The position numbers were made by a program, and so were the translations under genes. Below are positions 50,201 to 61,975 of a DNA stretch of 64,000 bases, one piece after another. Source of the DNA: Haplodiscus bocki (taxonomy: Eukaryota); contig OZ296656.1 in assembly GCA_965655095.1 (NCBI GenBank), positions 1,798,001-1,862,000 on the forward strand, given 5' to 3'. The notes beneath the pieces are model-generated. The model did no database searches and had not been told where the DNA came from. It saw nothing but the letters and a program-made list of their open reading frames with translations. How positions within the stretch are numbered: position 1 is the first letter of the stretch; each line of letters begins with the position of its first letter.

Positions 50201-52343
50201 CTTTTAATGGCTCACAGTGTTCTTTCGGAGGCTCTGTTAGTAAACAGCCTTTATTTCGCTGCTGCGCTACCGCCTGTGCTGGACAGAAGTGTCATTGAAG
50301 AATACGAAGAAACACTAGCAGTGCAAATCAGTATGGAAAAATGCAAAATGGTAGCTTTTCTTCACACTTGTCAGAAACAATTACCTACTGAGCAGGCGAT
50401 GCTGGATGCAACCATCACCGTCCCTTTACTTTGGAAACCAGTCATTCAGAAAAGCCCGGATCAATGTGGAAACTCTTATACGGAACAGAAGCGTGTATTA
50501 GACAAACTGTTGAGTTCCATCGACATTTATAAAGAAGGACTCTGCAATTTCATCAGGCATCAAATTGTCTTTGGACCTCCAGGAAGTGGGAAAACGTTCG
50601 TTGTGCTGAAATCGCTTGCATATGCTTTATGCCAAGGTCTCAACTGTGTAGTGACATCTTTGGCTGCTGAAAGATCTGCCGCTTTGGCTGGAAAACATCT
50701 GAATGCCCTCATCCCATTTCCAGTGGAAAAGCATGCTTCTGCAGAAACGCTCTCCAGAACAGCCCTTTCCAACTTACAGCGATCTCCTATTAAGTGCCGC
50801 TTTCTGCAAAATCTACACGTTCTTTTCGTGGAAGAATTGTCAATGATTTCTAGCGAACTTTGGGCTGCAACAGATTATGTGCTTCAGGTTATCACAGCAA
50901 ATTATGTTCCATTCGGTGGGAAACTTGTTATTGCAACCGGAGATTTCTTCCAACTTCCTCCACCATCAGGATCTTGTTTGATGAGTTCTTCTTTTCCTCT
51001 CACAACTTTCACTTTTCTCAAACTGGAAAATTTCGTTCGGATGCAAAACAAAAATGGCCAAGAACTGTTGTCTTTGTTGTCAGCGACTCCAAAAACTGAC
51101 GGCAATGCGAGGCGTATCTGGGAAATAATCGATAAAGGTTGCAATTTTGTCCATTCATGGAAAGACGTACCGAATGACAGAATTCGAATTTTTGCCACTC
51201 GACAAGCAGAACGTAAAGCAACTGAAAACAAAATAATGGATGTTAAAAACAGCGGTACGCAATTTTATGAAAATGCGGCAGTTGATGAAATGTGTGTTTC
51301 AAGCACTGACAACTGGACCGAGGCGTCGCCAAGTACATCAAAATTTCTCAACAAAAAGTGTCTTGAACCCCAGTCGTTGTTTCTGTACCCCGGTGCCATT
51401 TTACGACTAACAGTGAACATGCCATCTATATCCGCGTATCAGGGTCAACTCTGTGTTCTACTTTCTTTGGATACAATTGAGAATGGCTCTGTGACAATTG
51501 CTCTAGCACCAGCTGGTTGCCGAAGTATTCCACCGCTTGCTGTGATCAAAAACAAATGGCGTTGTGTTGTTATCAGCAAAGAAACTGGTGTTACCCACCG
51601 ATTAAACCACAAAACGGTTTGCAGACGAATCCAATTTCCACTAAAATTATTTGTTGCGTCAACCATTCATAAGACAATGGGTGAAACGCTTCCGATGGTC
51701 GCAACCCAAATAGTTGGATCGAAAGATTTCGCTTTGTGGCTTCCCGAACAACTCTATATTGTAATGAGTCGAGTAAGAAGTCTGAATCAGGTGACTTTTG
51801 TTGGATCGAAAGAATCTAACAAACGAGCAGTTTTGAATTTAGTCTGCAAAAAATCGCAATGGGCTGCTCACGAATGAAATTTTGACTAAAAGTTCCGCTG
51901 GTGACCCTACAATTGATCATGCAAGAGCATCTCCCTTTCCCCCTTCAATGAGAGAACTACCCGTTCAAAATCTGGGGTTCTGTTACTTGCTCCAAAGTGA
52001 ACCACAGCAGCACCTTCTGTACATTGGCTCCACTATGTCGTTAGTGCGTCGTTTGCGAGAGCACAATGCAGGACTGGGTTCCGCCTTCACCAAAGTACAA
52101 AATCGCTTGCCCTGGATGGTTTGTGCTTATGTTACTGGTTTCAATTGGACTAATGCTTCAGAGAGAATCCGAGCATTCGAGAAGGTGTGGCTGAATGCGG
52201 TATCACACTACGTCAACGCAAAAAAGAAAAATGTGTCACTTCCCACAGCTATCAATTTGGGGGAAATTGTGGCAAAAAATTGGCTACACAAAGAAGATGA
52301 TTTGAAACTAGTAGTGTGCTGCAGGTCATCACTTGTGTCTTGA
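44288..52343 (+). pseudogene. Rep-helicase-GIY-YIG polyprotein with one frameshift before the nuclease domain
   Basis: Open from ATG 44288 to 51877. A 2-bp deletion near 51866 (gctgaactc in U3 vs gctgctc here) separates the GIY-YIG segment 51882-52343. Confidence 0.9.
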
Positions 52344-52920
52344 AAAGTCGTACTTTAGGAGAAAGCCGCTCAAAAACTTATGGATTAGTTTCGGATAATT
52401 GTTTTACTTGCTCACAAACTTCCTTGCCTTGACAGCGATACGCATCGACTGCATAGTGGTGCATTGGTGAACTTCGCTTTATGTTATGCTGCAACCGCAT
52501 CGGCTGCAGAGTGATGTACCAAGTAGCACGTGCAACAACATGAACCTTTTTGCTGGAAACGATAATGCTTCGACTGCATAGTGTTGCATTATCTATTTTG
52601 CAGTTGAGATGATTTGTTGCTAATTACTTGTATGTGTCTGTTTAATTCATTAGCTTGAGGGGATTGACTTTCACTGAACCTGATCTGATGGACTTTAATA
52701 TTCCAAGCACTAGAAACAGTCCATTTAAAAATGCGCCGTTAATTTTGGACAATAGAAATTAGGTTACTTTCAAGTTTTTTTGAAAAACAATTATAATCAT
52801 ACGTTAACTGACAAATTTTGACATTGTTGATTGAGGCACTCTTGTTACTGTATCCCCGTATTCGGGGATGATACCTGAAGCTGCAGAAACCGACGTTTTT
52901 CACAGTGCTTCCAGATCATT

Positions 52921-53794
52921 ATGGCTCATTTGATCATAACCGACTCTCTGGGCGTACAACTGGAAGGTGTGCTTGAAAGTTTGGCAGTTAAAAGTTTTCC
53001 TGGCGCCAGAGCGGCGGACCAACGTGTAACGAGTTTCCTGGAAAATTTGCGGCGCCGCTTTCAATCCATTACAATTTTCATTGGAGGGAATGGCCTTTCC
53101 AATTGGGGCCGGCGTCCAGCTGAAACTCCAGAACAGGTAAAGCTTAAGTGATGTTTCATGGGGTTACTGTTTGCAAAATCAAATTAGACGACAGTAAAAT
53201 TTGAAATGTTTTTGTGTTTTGTCAAATCCTTTATTGAAATACGTTAGTAAAAGTCTAGGAAAACGTTGTTTTCAATTCTGCGTCTTTCTACTGGTGCTTT
53301 AACTAGTGCTACGTGCAAACTATTTTTGAACCGTTACTTTGGGTTTTTAATATCTCAGCAGTACTTCATTTGTTTTCCCTTTTTTCCTGTTGTTTTATTA
53401 TTAGGTGTTCCTTGATATCTTGAACCTTGTGAGAATTGCCGAGAGAAAATGCGACAAAGTATACTGCCTGGGCTTAGTAATGCGAAGCCAACCGTGCTTC
53501 CTTGCAGTGAAAGAAATAAACCGAATGCTGCGAACATCCATTGGACACTACACTTACGTATCCGTGTCATCTAAAATGTCATCTGAAAGAAATCTTAAAG
53601 ACGGAGTGCATTTGTCTCAGCACGGCGTGACCAACATCCTGTGGATTATAAAAAGACGGATTTTAGGTAACAAATGTGTACAGCAGTACATTAGAATGTT
53701 GAAAAACAGTATTGATTCCAGTAATTTGCGCTTGATATCAACTTTCCAGCAATTGAATGTTTCTAGCTCTAAACTCTTTGGAATTTATCTATAG
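52921..53794 (+). CDS. SGNH/GDSL-type hydrolase, 2 exons (52921-53136, 53405-53794), C-terminus extended
   Basis: Same motifs and intron as U3; the U3 stop TAG is CAG here, adding 37 codons. Confidence 0.85.
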
Positions 53795-55109
53795 AAGGGT
53801 TACGTTTTTTCCATAAACTTCCATTCTAACACCAATGTTGTTTAGGACTCTCCCATCGCAAAAACCGCTACGTGCACTGGAAATGGTGAAGATCTGGCCG
53901 TGAGTTGTTCTAGGCTTCAATTGCAAGTTTCTTGAAAATGGTATTACAATCTTGGTCGTTGCACCTATGTTTCGAATACTCTTGGTAGTTTTTTCATGAT
54001 AACACAATTTAGAAATTTTATTGGTGCTACCATTAAAAACAAACAAAGGTGCTTTTTTGATTTCGAATAATCTTGGCTAATTGACGCTGCTAGGACAGTG
54101 TTTTAATTTTTTTTTCGTGTCGCTTTCGATTTGTAATTTGTTACTGATTAAATTGTAAAAGAGTTCGACCGCATGGTGGCCTCTACTTCTTTGGAGTTTT
54201 GAAAATTTTTTGTTCCATACACCTTGCATTTTGGCGTACATTAAAACATGTTTATTATTTTAAACTTTGTCTTCGTGCCTCATTCAATTTAAAGTTGGTT
54301 TGTGATGACGCTGTAAAGAGTTCAACCGCATGGTGATCTGTACGTCTTTGAAGTTTTGATGCTTCGTTGTCATTGGAACAATTTTGTGATGGTCGCCGTC
54401 CGCTATGAGTCGTCACAAGTCCTTCATGTTTTCGCTGAAATAGTGTACTCCATAGTTACATTGTTTGTTAAAAACTTTTGTTATTTTAAATTTTTGAGGG
54501 TGATCAACTAACCTTGGCCATACTCTTAGAAGGATTGTTCATATTTTTTTGAATAAAATTTTCTTTCGAAATGTTTGTTCTTGTCCGCGCAAAAAACGTT
54601 ATAGCAAACATTGTGCAGGTTTGAGCTCGTATTAAACTTCAGTTGTGGAACATCTGCAATGAAAATATAATTTATAATGCTTAACTTTCTACAAGTTTTG
54701 TGGACAAAAAAAACCGATGTAATAACGGTGTATTCGAGTGCATTGATCACCAATTTTTTTCTATTGCCTTGAGTGTTACTGATCGATAAAGCGTGATGCG
54801 TTGAACAGTAAGCTAACTGTAAATGTAACATAACATTTCTTTGAAATAAACTTAATGATAAAGAAGATTTGAGAACTCTGAATAATTGAGAAACTTGTGA
54901 TTTTTTTTGATAAACAAGTTGCTTTACTTGAAGCAATAGCGCTAATTGACTGTAATAAATGCTTCAAACCGAAATTACTTGCCTGTTGACTTCATTGAAC
55001 CTTATAGGAAAATGCGTTCACAGAATCTTTAAAAAAAGGAAAAAGCATGGTTTTGAATGTTCCAATTTTTCAGTTCTCAGGCAGCTTCAACCACGTTTGA
55101 TTTCAGACT

Positions 55110-56120
55110 ATGACAACTCAAGTGAACACTTCCCAAGTAACAGCACCAAATTTTTTGCGTCGAAGCGAAAATACGTTCGTCAGAGGTATCGTTCTAGTTA
55201 TTAAGAAATACGACAAACCTTTGCAGTTGTTTAGACCGCAAAATATCAAAAACAAGAGAGGTGCCCTCGATACCAGTTATGATCGATTAGTCATACTAGG
55301 CGAGATCAATTCAAAAGAATGCTTTGCTGTGATTGCGGAGTCTGCACAGAAAAGCTATTTTTTGTTCGGAGACACTCTGTTAACGGTAGGGTCAATTGTG
55401 GACGTAAAAGAACCTGTATTCTCGAATTCTTGTCTCGGCAATGACCGCAGTAATCCAATTTTCCATGTCTTTCTTCCTTTGGAAGTCGTGGTTAACAGTA
55501 TTCCATTGTTGCCAATTCCCATAGATCTCCACCCATCAACGACAGCAATGTTTCACTTTTGCTTGCCAAACAGACCCCTCACCTTCTTACAAGCAGGTGC
55601 TGTGGCTCCAACTTGCTCAGGCTTCATGTGTGACAGACGAGAAAAACGAATTGACTCTGTATGCCCCTGTATACAGAAATCTCCTGTTTCAGCTTGGGTA
55701 ATGTGCGCCCGAATTGTCAGTCGTGACATCGAAAATGAAGACGAAGACTCCCTCACGGGAGAAATAATACAAAGTCTTAACCTTACAAAAATGTTTTGCA
55801 GCGAAGCAATTATTAGAAGTTCATACGCATCAATCGATTCGCAACAACTGCGGAATGCTGTTAACCAGGTGTCACAATTTGTAAATGAGAATGGAGGGTG
55901 GCAGGTATGTGGATTTTACAAAAGTGGATCCACAGACGAAAATCTTGCACAAAACGTACAACGTGTCCGCATTTGCAAAATTACGCCTGCCGTTGAAGTG
56001 CCTTTTAATTTGAAATACAACATTGTGCCATGCAACGCCAATATTGGCAATGAGCCCCCAGCTTTGCAACATGCGAATGCTAACGTCGGTGCTCCTAACA
56101 ATCCGAACAACGTACGATAG
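55110..56120 (+). CDS. ORF3, conserved hypothetical 336-aa protein
   Basis: Intact frame, nearly identical to the U3 copy. Confidence 0.88.
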   Translation: MTTQVNTSQVTAPNFLRRSENTFVRGIVLVIKKYDKPLQLFRPQNIKNKRGALDTSYDRLVILGEINSKECFAVIAESAQKSYFLFGDTLLTVGSIVDVKEPVFSNSCLGNDRSNPIFHVFLPLEVVVNSIPLLPIPIDLHPSTTAMFHFCLPNRPLTFLQAGAVAPTCSGFMCDRREKRIDSVCPCIQKSPVSAWVMCARIVSRDIENEDEDSLTGEIIQSLNLTKMFCSEAIIRSSYASIDSQQLRNAVNQVSQFVNENGGWQVCGFYKSGSTDENLAQNVQRVRICKITPAVEVPFNLKYNIVPCNANIGNEPPALQHANANVGAPNNPNNVR

Positions 56121-57174
56121 CTGATCTAGACTTACTCCTCAGAGGACCGTTCTTTCTCCACCGCATCAGCTGCTTGCAGGCTTTCAAAACCAATCTCTCC
56201 TTTCGCAATCGACCGCAAGGTGGTTGCTGAAAAAAACTTGCACAAATTAACAAGTTTCGGAAAAAAAGTCAACTGATAAAGTTGTCCTCGTTCTTTCAAA
56301 CCAAAATTTGTTCTCCTCCTTTTCAATCTTGAAACCTATCGTTCAATTTTTTTGTTTATGACAAAGTTTAAATTTCCAGTACTTATCAGTACCCAAAGGT
56401 TAATTGTTGGTTTTTGTAGAACTGTAAACACTAATGTCAAAATAGTTGTTGTTGAACAATGGAAATTAGTTTGCAACTGCCGACGACTTGTCTCTGTGAA
56501 CATATGTTTTTCAGTAGCTCAGAACATTGTGGTAATTCGTGTTGCTTTTGAATGTGGATTGTTGGTTCGTGTAGAAGTTGTGAACTTTTTATCTTATGCA
56601 ATTAACTTCTTGTTATGTTAAACATTACTATCCCTTCATCACCGAACGTTGTGAACTTTGAAACAATGTCTTGCTATTCTATTGGGCTCAGTGCACACTC
56701 TCAGTTTGTTGCTTGACGTTTGATGCAGTGAACGCTTTGCAAAACAGGGAAAAGGAATAAAACTAGAAAGTGTTCTAATTTTCGCCAACAGAAGAATGGG
56801 AACAAACTTTCATACGAAATTTTAAGGAAGTTTTTTTCTGAAGTCTATACAGGTTCATTTGCTTCATTCAGGTTGTTTTCACAAAGTAAAATCTGGGATC
56901 CTACTGCCTACAAATTGACAACATTGGTGCGCAAGTTTTTTGAGAAAGTTAAAACACTTTCGAGGGTCAAATTTTGAAAGTACTCGTTTGGAAAAAAATT
57001 TTAAGTTTTCTTCCCAGAAACTCATCCAACTTGAAGTTGTTTGTTAAAAGAACGGTTGCTTTCAATGAATTGCAGGCAAAAATTCCTGCCGACGTTCGCC
57101 ATGCGCCTGTTTAAGTGTCATAATCAAATTCTGCGCCAAATTTTGATTTTTTGTTTTTTTTTATGGTTTTTTTT

Positions 57175-57790
57175 GAAAAGTTCGTCATAACCGTCATTTC
57201 TTTCGGCAAAGTGGCCGAAAATTTTTCATCTTCGGAAAATTGCCTTTCAAGTTATGGAGTCGATTTCATACTGGAGCCACTCCAGAGGGCAAACTATGCA
57301 CTTCAATGTGGGAGCTATGACGAAATGGTCGATTTTCGGCATTTTTTTCCAAATTTGATCCGTCATATCTCAACACCTATGACAAGTTCGTGGATAATTT
57401 TTTGCATGTGTGTAGCCCTTAGTTATTCTGCTTCACAGGAAAAGTTTCGGCCAAATGCATGTGGTTACTTGCAGGGCTGTCGGTAAAAAACTGCAAAATG
57501 AGGCCAAAAAACAGAATCATCCCGTCATAATTCCCCAACCATTTTTGCTAGAATGATCTAACTTGGACCATTGTTCTTAGAATTGAAAGTTATGTCCGCA
57601 TGCAAAGTTTGATCAAAATCGTATGGGTGGGAGCTGAGATCGCTAATTCCCTATACCGTTTGTGCATATTTGTTTTTTCTTATATTTTAACGCGAGGCAA
57701 AGGGGCCCCTCCCCCGCCTCGCAAAGACTAATGTGGGGCGCGATCCCCTGACCACCCAGTGGAGGCACCGGTGAAAATCACCAGGTGGCG
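57175..57790 (+). repeat. Conserved terminal block, copy 4
   Basis: Ends TCACCAGGTGGCG at 57790. Confidence 0.9.
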
Positions 57791-57952
57791 GTCACTGGAG
57801 AAGCACCTCTGAAATATGAAATATTACTCATAGTCTTTTCTTCGAACACAGTAATGAGTTTTGCAAATGCCTGTTTAATACATTGAAATTGAGCCTGTGA
57901 AATCTTCATTGAAATCGACAGGACATCGAAGACGAAGCTTGCAAAAAGTTCG

Positions 57953-58001
57953 GCCCCGTTGTTTCTCCGTGTCGCTTCGCTAATCTACGAAACAACGGGG
58001 C
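57953..58001. other. Inverted repeat GCCCCGTTGTTTC-N23-GAAACAACGGGGC
   Basis: Perfect 13-bp arms at 57953-57965 and 57989-58001. Confidence 0.85.
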
Positions 58002-58220
58002 GGGGCAATTAACAATTTGAATTTCCAAAAAAAATTTTTCAATTTAGGGCCAAATTATGATTGTTTTTCCAGAAAGTTTCAATACTTCAACCCACAAAAA
58101 AAATTAAATTTCAAAAAAACTACGGAGTAGGAAAATTTTGGGGAAAAAGTGGACAAAACAATTGCCAGATATGAATTCTACAATCAAAACTGAGTTTTTA
58201 GAAAATTTTAATTTTTTTTT

Positions 58221-58837
58221 CGAAAATTTCGTCATAACCGTCATTTCTTTCGGCAAAGTGGCCGAAAATTTTTCATCTTCGAAAACTTGCCTTTCAAGCT
58301 ATGGACTCGATTTCATACTGGAGCCACTCCAGAGGGCAAACTATGCACTTCAATGTGGGAGCTATGACGAAATGGTCGATTTTCGGCATTTTTTACCAAC
58401 TTTCATCCGTCATATCTCCACACCTATGACGAGTTGGTAGAAATTTTTTTGCAAGCATGTAGCCCTTAGTTATTCTGCTTCACACGAAAAGTTTCGGCCA
58501 AATGCATGACGTTACTTGCAGGGCTGTCGGTAAAAAACTGCAAAATGAGGCCAAAAAACAGAATCATCCCGTCATAACTCCCCAACCATTTTTGCTAGAA
58601 TGATCTAACTTGCACCATTGTTCTTAGAATTGAAAGTTATGTCCGCATGCAATGTTTGATCCCAATCGTATGGGTGGGAGCTGAGATCGCAAATTCCCTA
58701 TACCGTATGTGCGTATTTGTTATTTCCTATATTTTAACGCGAGGCAAAGGGGCCCCTCCCCCGCCTCGCGAGGACCTATGTGGGGCGCAATCCCCTGACC
58801 ACCCAGTGGAGGCGACGGTGAAAATTACCAGAAGGCG
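58221..58837 (+). repeat. Conserved terminal block, copy 5
   Basis: Ends TTACCAGAAGGCG at 58837. Confidence 0.9.
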
Positions 58838-59185
58838 GGATTTTTTGCATCCAATTTTTTTGCTGCATCATTTCTGGTGATTGGTTCTTTTTTCTAAAGG
58901 GTTGTTTTTATAAAAGGAAACTGTTGTTTTTTTATTTACGATACCTTACTCCAGGCTGAAGAATAGCTCACACGACGCGGTACAACTGATACATGGATAC
59001 ATGGACAGTTTGTCTCACACCGTAAGATTGCGTTTTTTCCGCAAAACGTATAGTTTTGTAGACTTTTTAAAAGTTGACAACAGCAGCAATGAAGGATGGC
59101 AAACATACTTTCTGGTCGATTTTTACACAAACTCAGGTCAAAACGGCGCTAATGTAACAAATTTTTAAAGTTGTCAGCTGCAGAA

Positions 59186-59690
59186 ATAACATTTAACTTC
59201 ACCCATTTACCTGTGACCGACTTACATAACAATGAACGTTTTCATTGGATAACCTTCCCATTTGTTTAATCCGGAATTTTTCAAAGAAATCATTGGCTTG
59301 CAGAATGGGTGATGTACCTGAAGCATTTCTTGGTGGTCCTCCATACCGTTTTTTGTTCTTCAGAGAAACAATATTGGTGTTGCGGGCTCGTCCACGTCAT
59401 TTGGCCTTTTTCATACATGAAAAAGTACAGTTAGGTGTTCTGTACCAGAGAAATTCATGAACAAAAAGTTCCGCGCCAAAACATTTCATCCATTATTAAC
59501 TATTTTATTCATGCACCGTTCAAAACGCATTAAATACGTTTAATGCGTCCAGAAGCAGAACAAAAGGATTAATGGTAACTAGCCATTTTCATCATTGACT
59601 TGAGACACTTGTCTCCATTGTCTCCATCAAGTCATCGTCAGCCATAGATTATGACAAGTTAAAGGCCACTTTGATGACGTATCAGTGCTG
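59186..59690 (-). pseudogene. Decayed tyrosine-recombinase-like catalytic domain (type A)
   Basis: LIRHQSGL*LVIIYG (59685-59641), H*T (59545-59537), FCK (59305-59297), GH (59218-59213) and TAT Tyr nine codons after His (59188-59186). Confidence 0.5.
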
Positions 59691-61653
59691 ATAGTAGACT
59701 AAATGTGTGTCTTTCTTTTGTCAAGTGGTGAAATTCGTGCTTTGATTTTCCTGATTTTCAGCTTTTACCAACAATAAACGTGGTTAGTGAAAGGAATCGA
59801 AACAGTTTCTGAAGGTATCATGCTCAGTTAAAACGATGCTTCTTTACTATTGATGACTTTCAAGAGTGGTTTCGATTTTAAGAATTTTTTTCTTCTACAG
59901 ACCGAACCAGAACTGTCGCGTTTCACAAACGTTTTTGCGTGAGGTTCTTGGAAGAGGCTATTCGGTCGGTTCCGACGCATACATAACGGAGTTTTACACT
60001 TATTCCAAAATAACTTTTGAATTTTGTGTAAAAAATTACTTGTTGTCAGATAAAATGATCAGCGAACGAGCATGTTATGGATACGTTTTATTCTTGTGAA
60101 GTTTTGTCGAGGTTTCTTTTTGGATATTGCGTTTTTATATCAAATCGTAAATTGTTTCACGTGAACTCGGCATCGCCAATTTCCAATCCCGCATTTGAAC
60201 CCTTTCATGTAGATACTTTTTCGTATGTGATAGAAACGTATGAACTGTTCATCCTGTAATTCCTGACTCACTGAAGTCTCAACTGATTTTGGTGAACAAT
60301 TTTTGGCTTGTGTCGATAAATTCGGCGCATTAACTTTGGTAAATTACTTTGCTAACGTTTTCCTGGGAGAAGAGTGCTGTGTAACGCTTGTCAGAATCGC
60401 TGGCTGACTACTAATACTTTTCAATAATTTCTAAAACTAAAAGGGGGACTACGCTGTTATCATCGTACATGAAATGTTGAAATAGTTAATGGCGCATTGG
60501 AGACGTGGGAAATTGAAAAGTAAACAAAATAATCGTTACTTTTAATGTATCCCCTTGGTTGCCAACGTTGACTGGCATTAGATGAACAATTTCTACAGGT
60601 TCAACAAAGTTGAGCATATTATTGGTTTTGCTTAGGAGGAGAACTTGCTTTCATTTACTTTTTAACCGTCTGCGGCCTAAACACCGGTCACGTAACATTT
60701 AGTGTTCGCCATTCGTTAGCTGGTGAGTTTGGTGTCAGTCATGCGGTAAACTGAAAACAAGGGATAATTTCTTAGACAAACAGACCGTTTCCGCTGTCAG
60801 TGCGGGAATGAAAGATTACGTAACATTCTTGTTTCACGCTTTTGAAATAAGGGTTTTATCTCTTTTCAACTGAGCAGTAAAACGCTGTAACATGATATCC
60901 TACTTTGTTCAACAGTTCAATGTCAGTTTAATTTAAGCTAATTTTTCATGTTCATTGCTTTAGATATATTTGCTGTTCTTATCGCCAACTACAGGACGGT
61001 TAAGTTTCCAGCAGTAAAAAGCAAGCTTCAGATTGATTGCCATTGTAGTCAGCTTGAAGTAAAGGCAGATAATTGTGTAGTCTGTGTCATTATAGGAAAA
61101 TTCTTCATGATTTTCGGGTGCTCATTAAAAATAACGTTCGAATATATGAAAGGCAGAATAAACTTGAGTATTTTTTTGTTTTTGGTTGTGCTGTGCTGGC
61201 AGGGAAGAAAATGATGCAATTTTGCGTGTATCTGCAAAAGTTTATTTTCGTTTTTGTTTGTGTTTGCCAATTGTCACCATATTGAGTAAATTAATGACAA
61301 AAAGTGTGTTTCTCGTGCAGTTGTGTGAATGGTCTCTGTTTCATTCCACGTCAAAAGGGGGAAGTAATTGGCTGGTACCAATTATCGCAAGTGAAAGTTT
61401 TTGGGGAATTTTGACATACGCCTCCTTCCTGTAGGAGTTTGCTGGATTTTGTTGCAGACCAAAACTTGCGACCTGAAGCCAAAGATTTTATATCGGCTTC
61501 TCTTTCTTGAAGGGTTAATTTGGAAAGTAGTTTATTGCTTCTTGTAAATGTTTAGAGACTTTCATTGTGTTTTCTATGTGCTTTGCCTGTAGGACTTTTG
61601 CTATTTGATGTCGGCACGAGTGAAGCACTATATGTAAAAGGCATCTTCCCAAA

Positions 61654-61691
61654 GCCTTGGTTTCGCTCAGAGGCCTTCGCAAAACCAAGGC
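61654..61691. other. Conserved 13-bp inverted repeat, 12-nt spacer (one mismatch)
   Basis: GCCTTGGTTTCGC-tcagaggccttc-GCAAAACCAAGGC. Confidence 0.88.
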
Positions 61692-61975
61692 GCTTCTGTT
61701 TTTCATTATTCAATTCGCAATGGAAACTGTAACCGTTATGGAAACAGTCCTTTCCTAAAAACTTCAAAAAGGTTTGAAATGCGGAAAGGAATAAATATCA
61801 CAGTCTGTATGTCGAATTTATAGCAGCCTCTGGAGCTCTATTTGTCGCAAATGGGTCCTTGGCGGCTTCAATTATCTGGGGTCTGTATTTTTTTTGTGTT
61901 TCAAATAGGTATGGTAAATTTTGACATGCTGCTTCCCTTTTTTGTGCAATCAAACCTGCAACCAAAAAGCAAAAC

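Larger units (their letters stand above)
40747..57790 (+). mobile_element. Unit U4, full length (17,044 bp)
   Basis: Close relative of U3; bounded by GGCG junctions. Confidence 0.9.
57791..58837 (+). mobile_element. 1,047-bp non-coding mini-unit (putative non-autonomous derivative)
   Basis: About 430 bp unique sequence with its own 13-bp inverted repeat, then a complete terminal block; GGCG junctions on both sides. Confidence 0.7.

Noticed and set aside
10325-51666. Many short ORFs antisense or off-frame to the polyprotein and ORF3
   Set aside because: They are shadows of the long coding frames; their recurrence just reflects the repeated units.
51860-51885. Programmed frameshift producing an optional GIY-YIG domain
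   Set aside because: U1, U2 and U3 are continuous here; U4 has a private 2-bp deletion with no slippery site.
23715-57790. U3/U4 as an assembly duplication artefact or a fresh rolling-circle concatemer
   Set aside because: They differ by many substitutions, indels and private inactivating mutations along their whole length.
59178-59211. GT...TTCTGCAG segment on the minus strand as an intron in the recombinase relic
   Set aside because: Only ~33 nt; removing it gives an immediate stop and deletes the candidate catalytic Tyr. Not strictly excluded.
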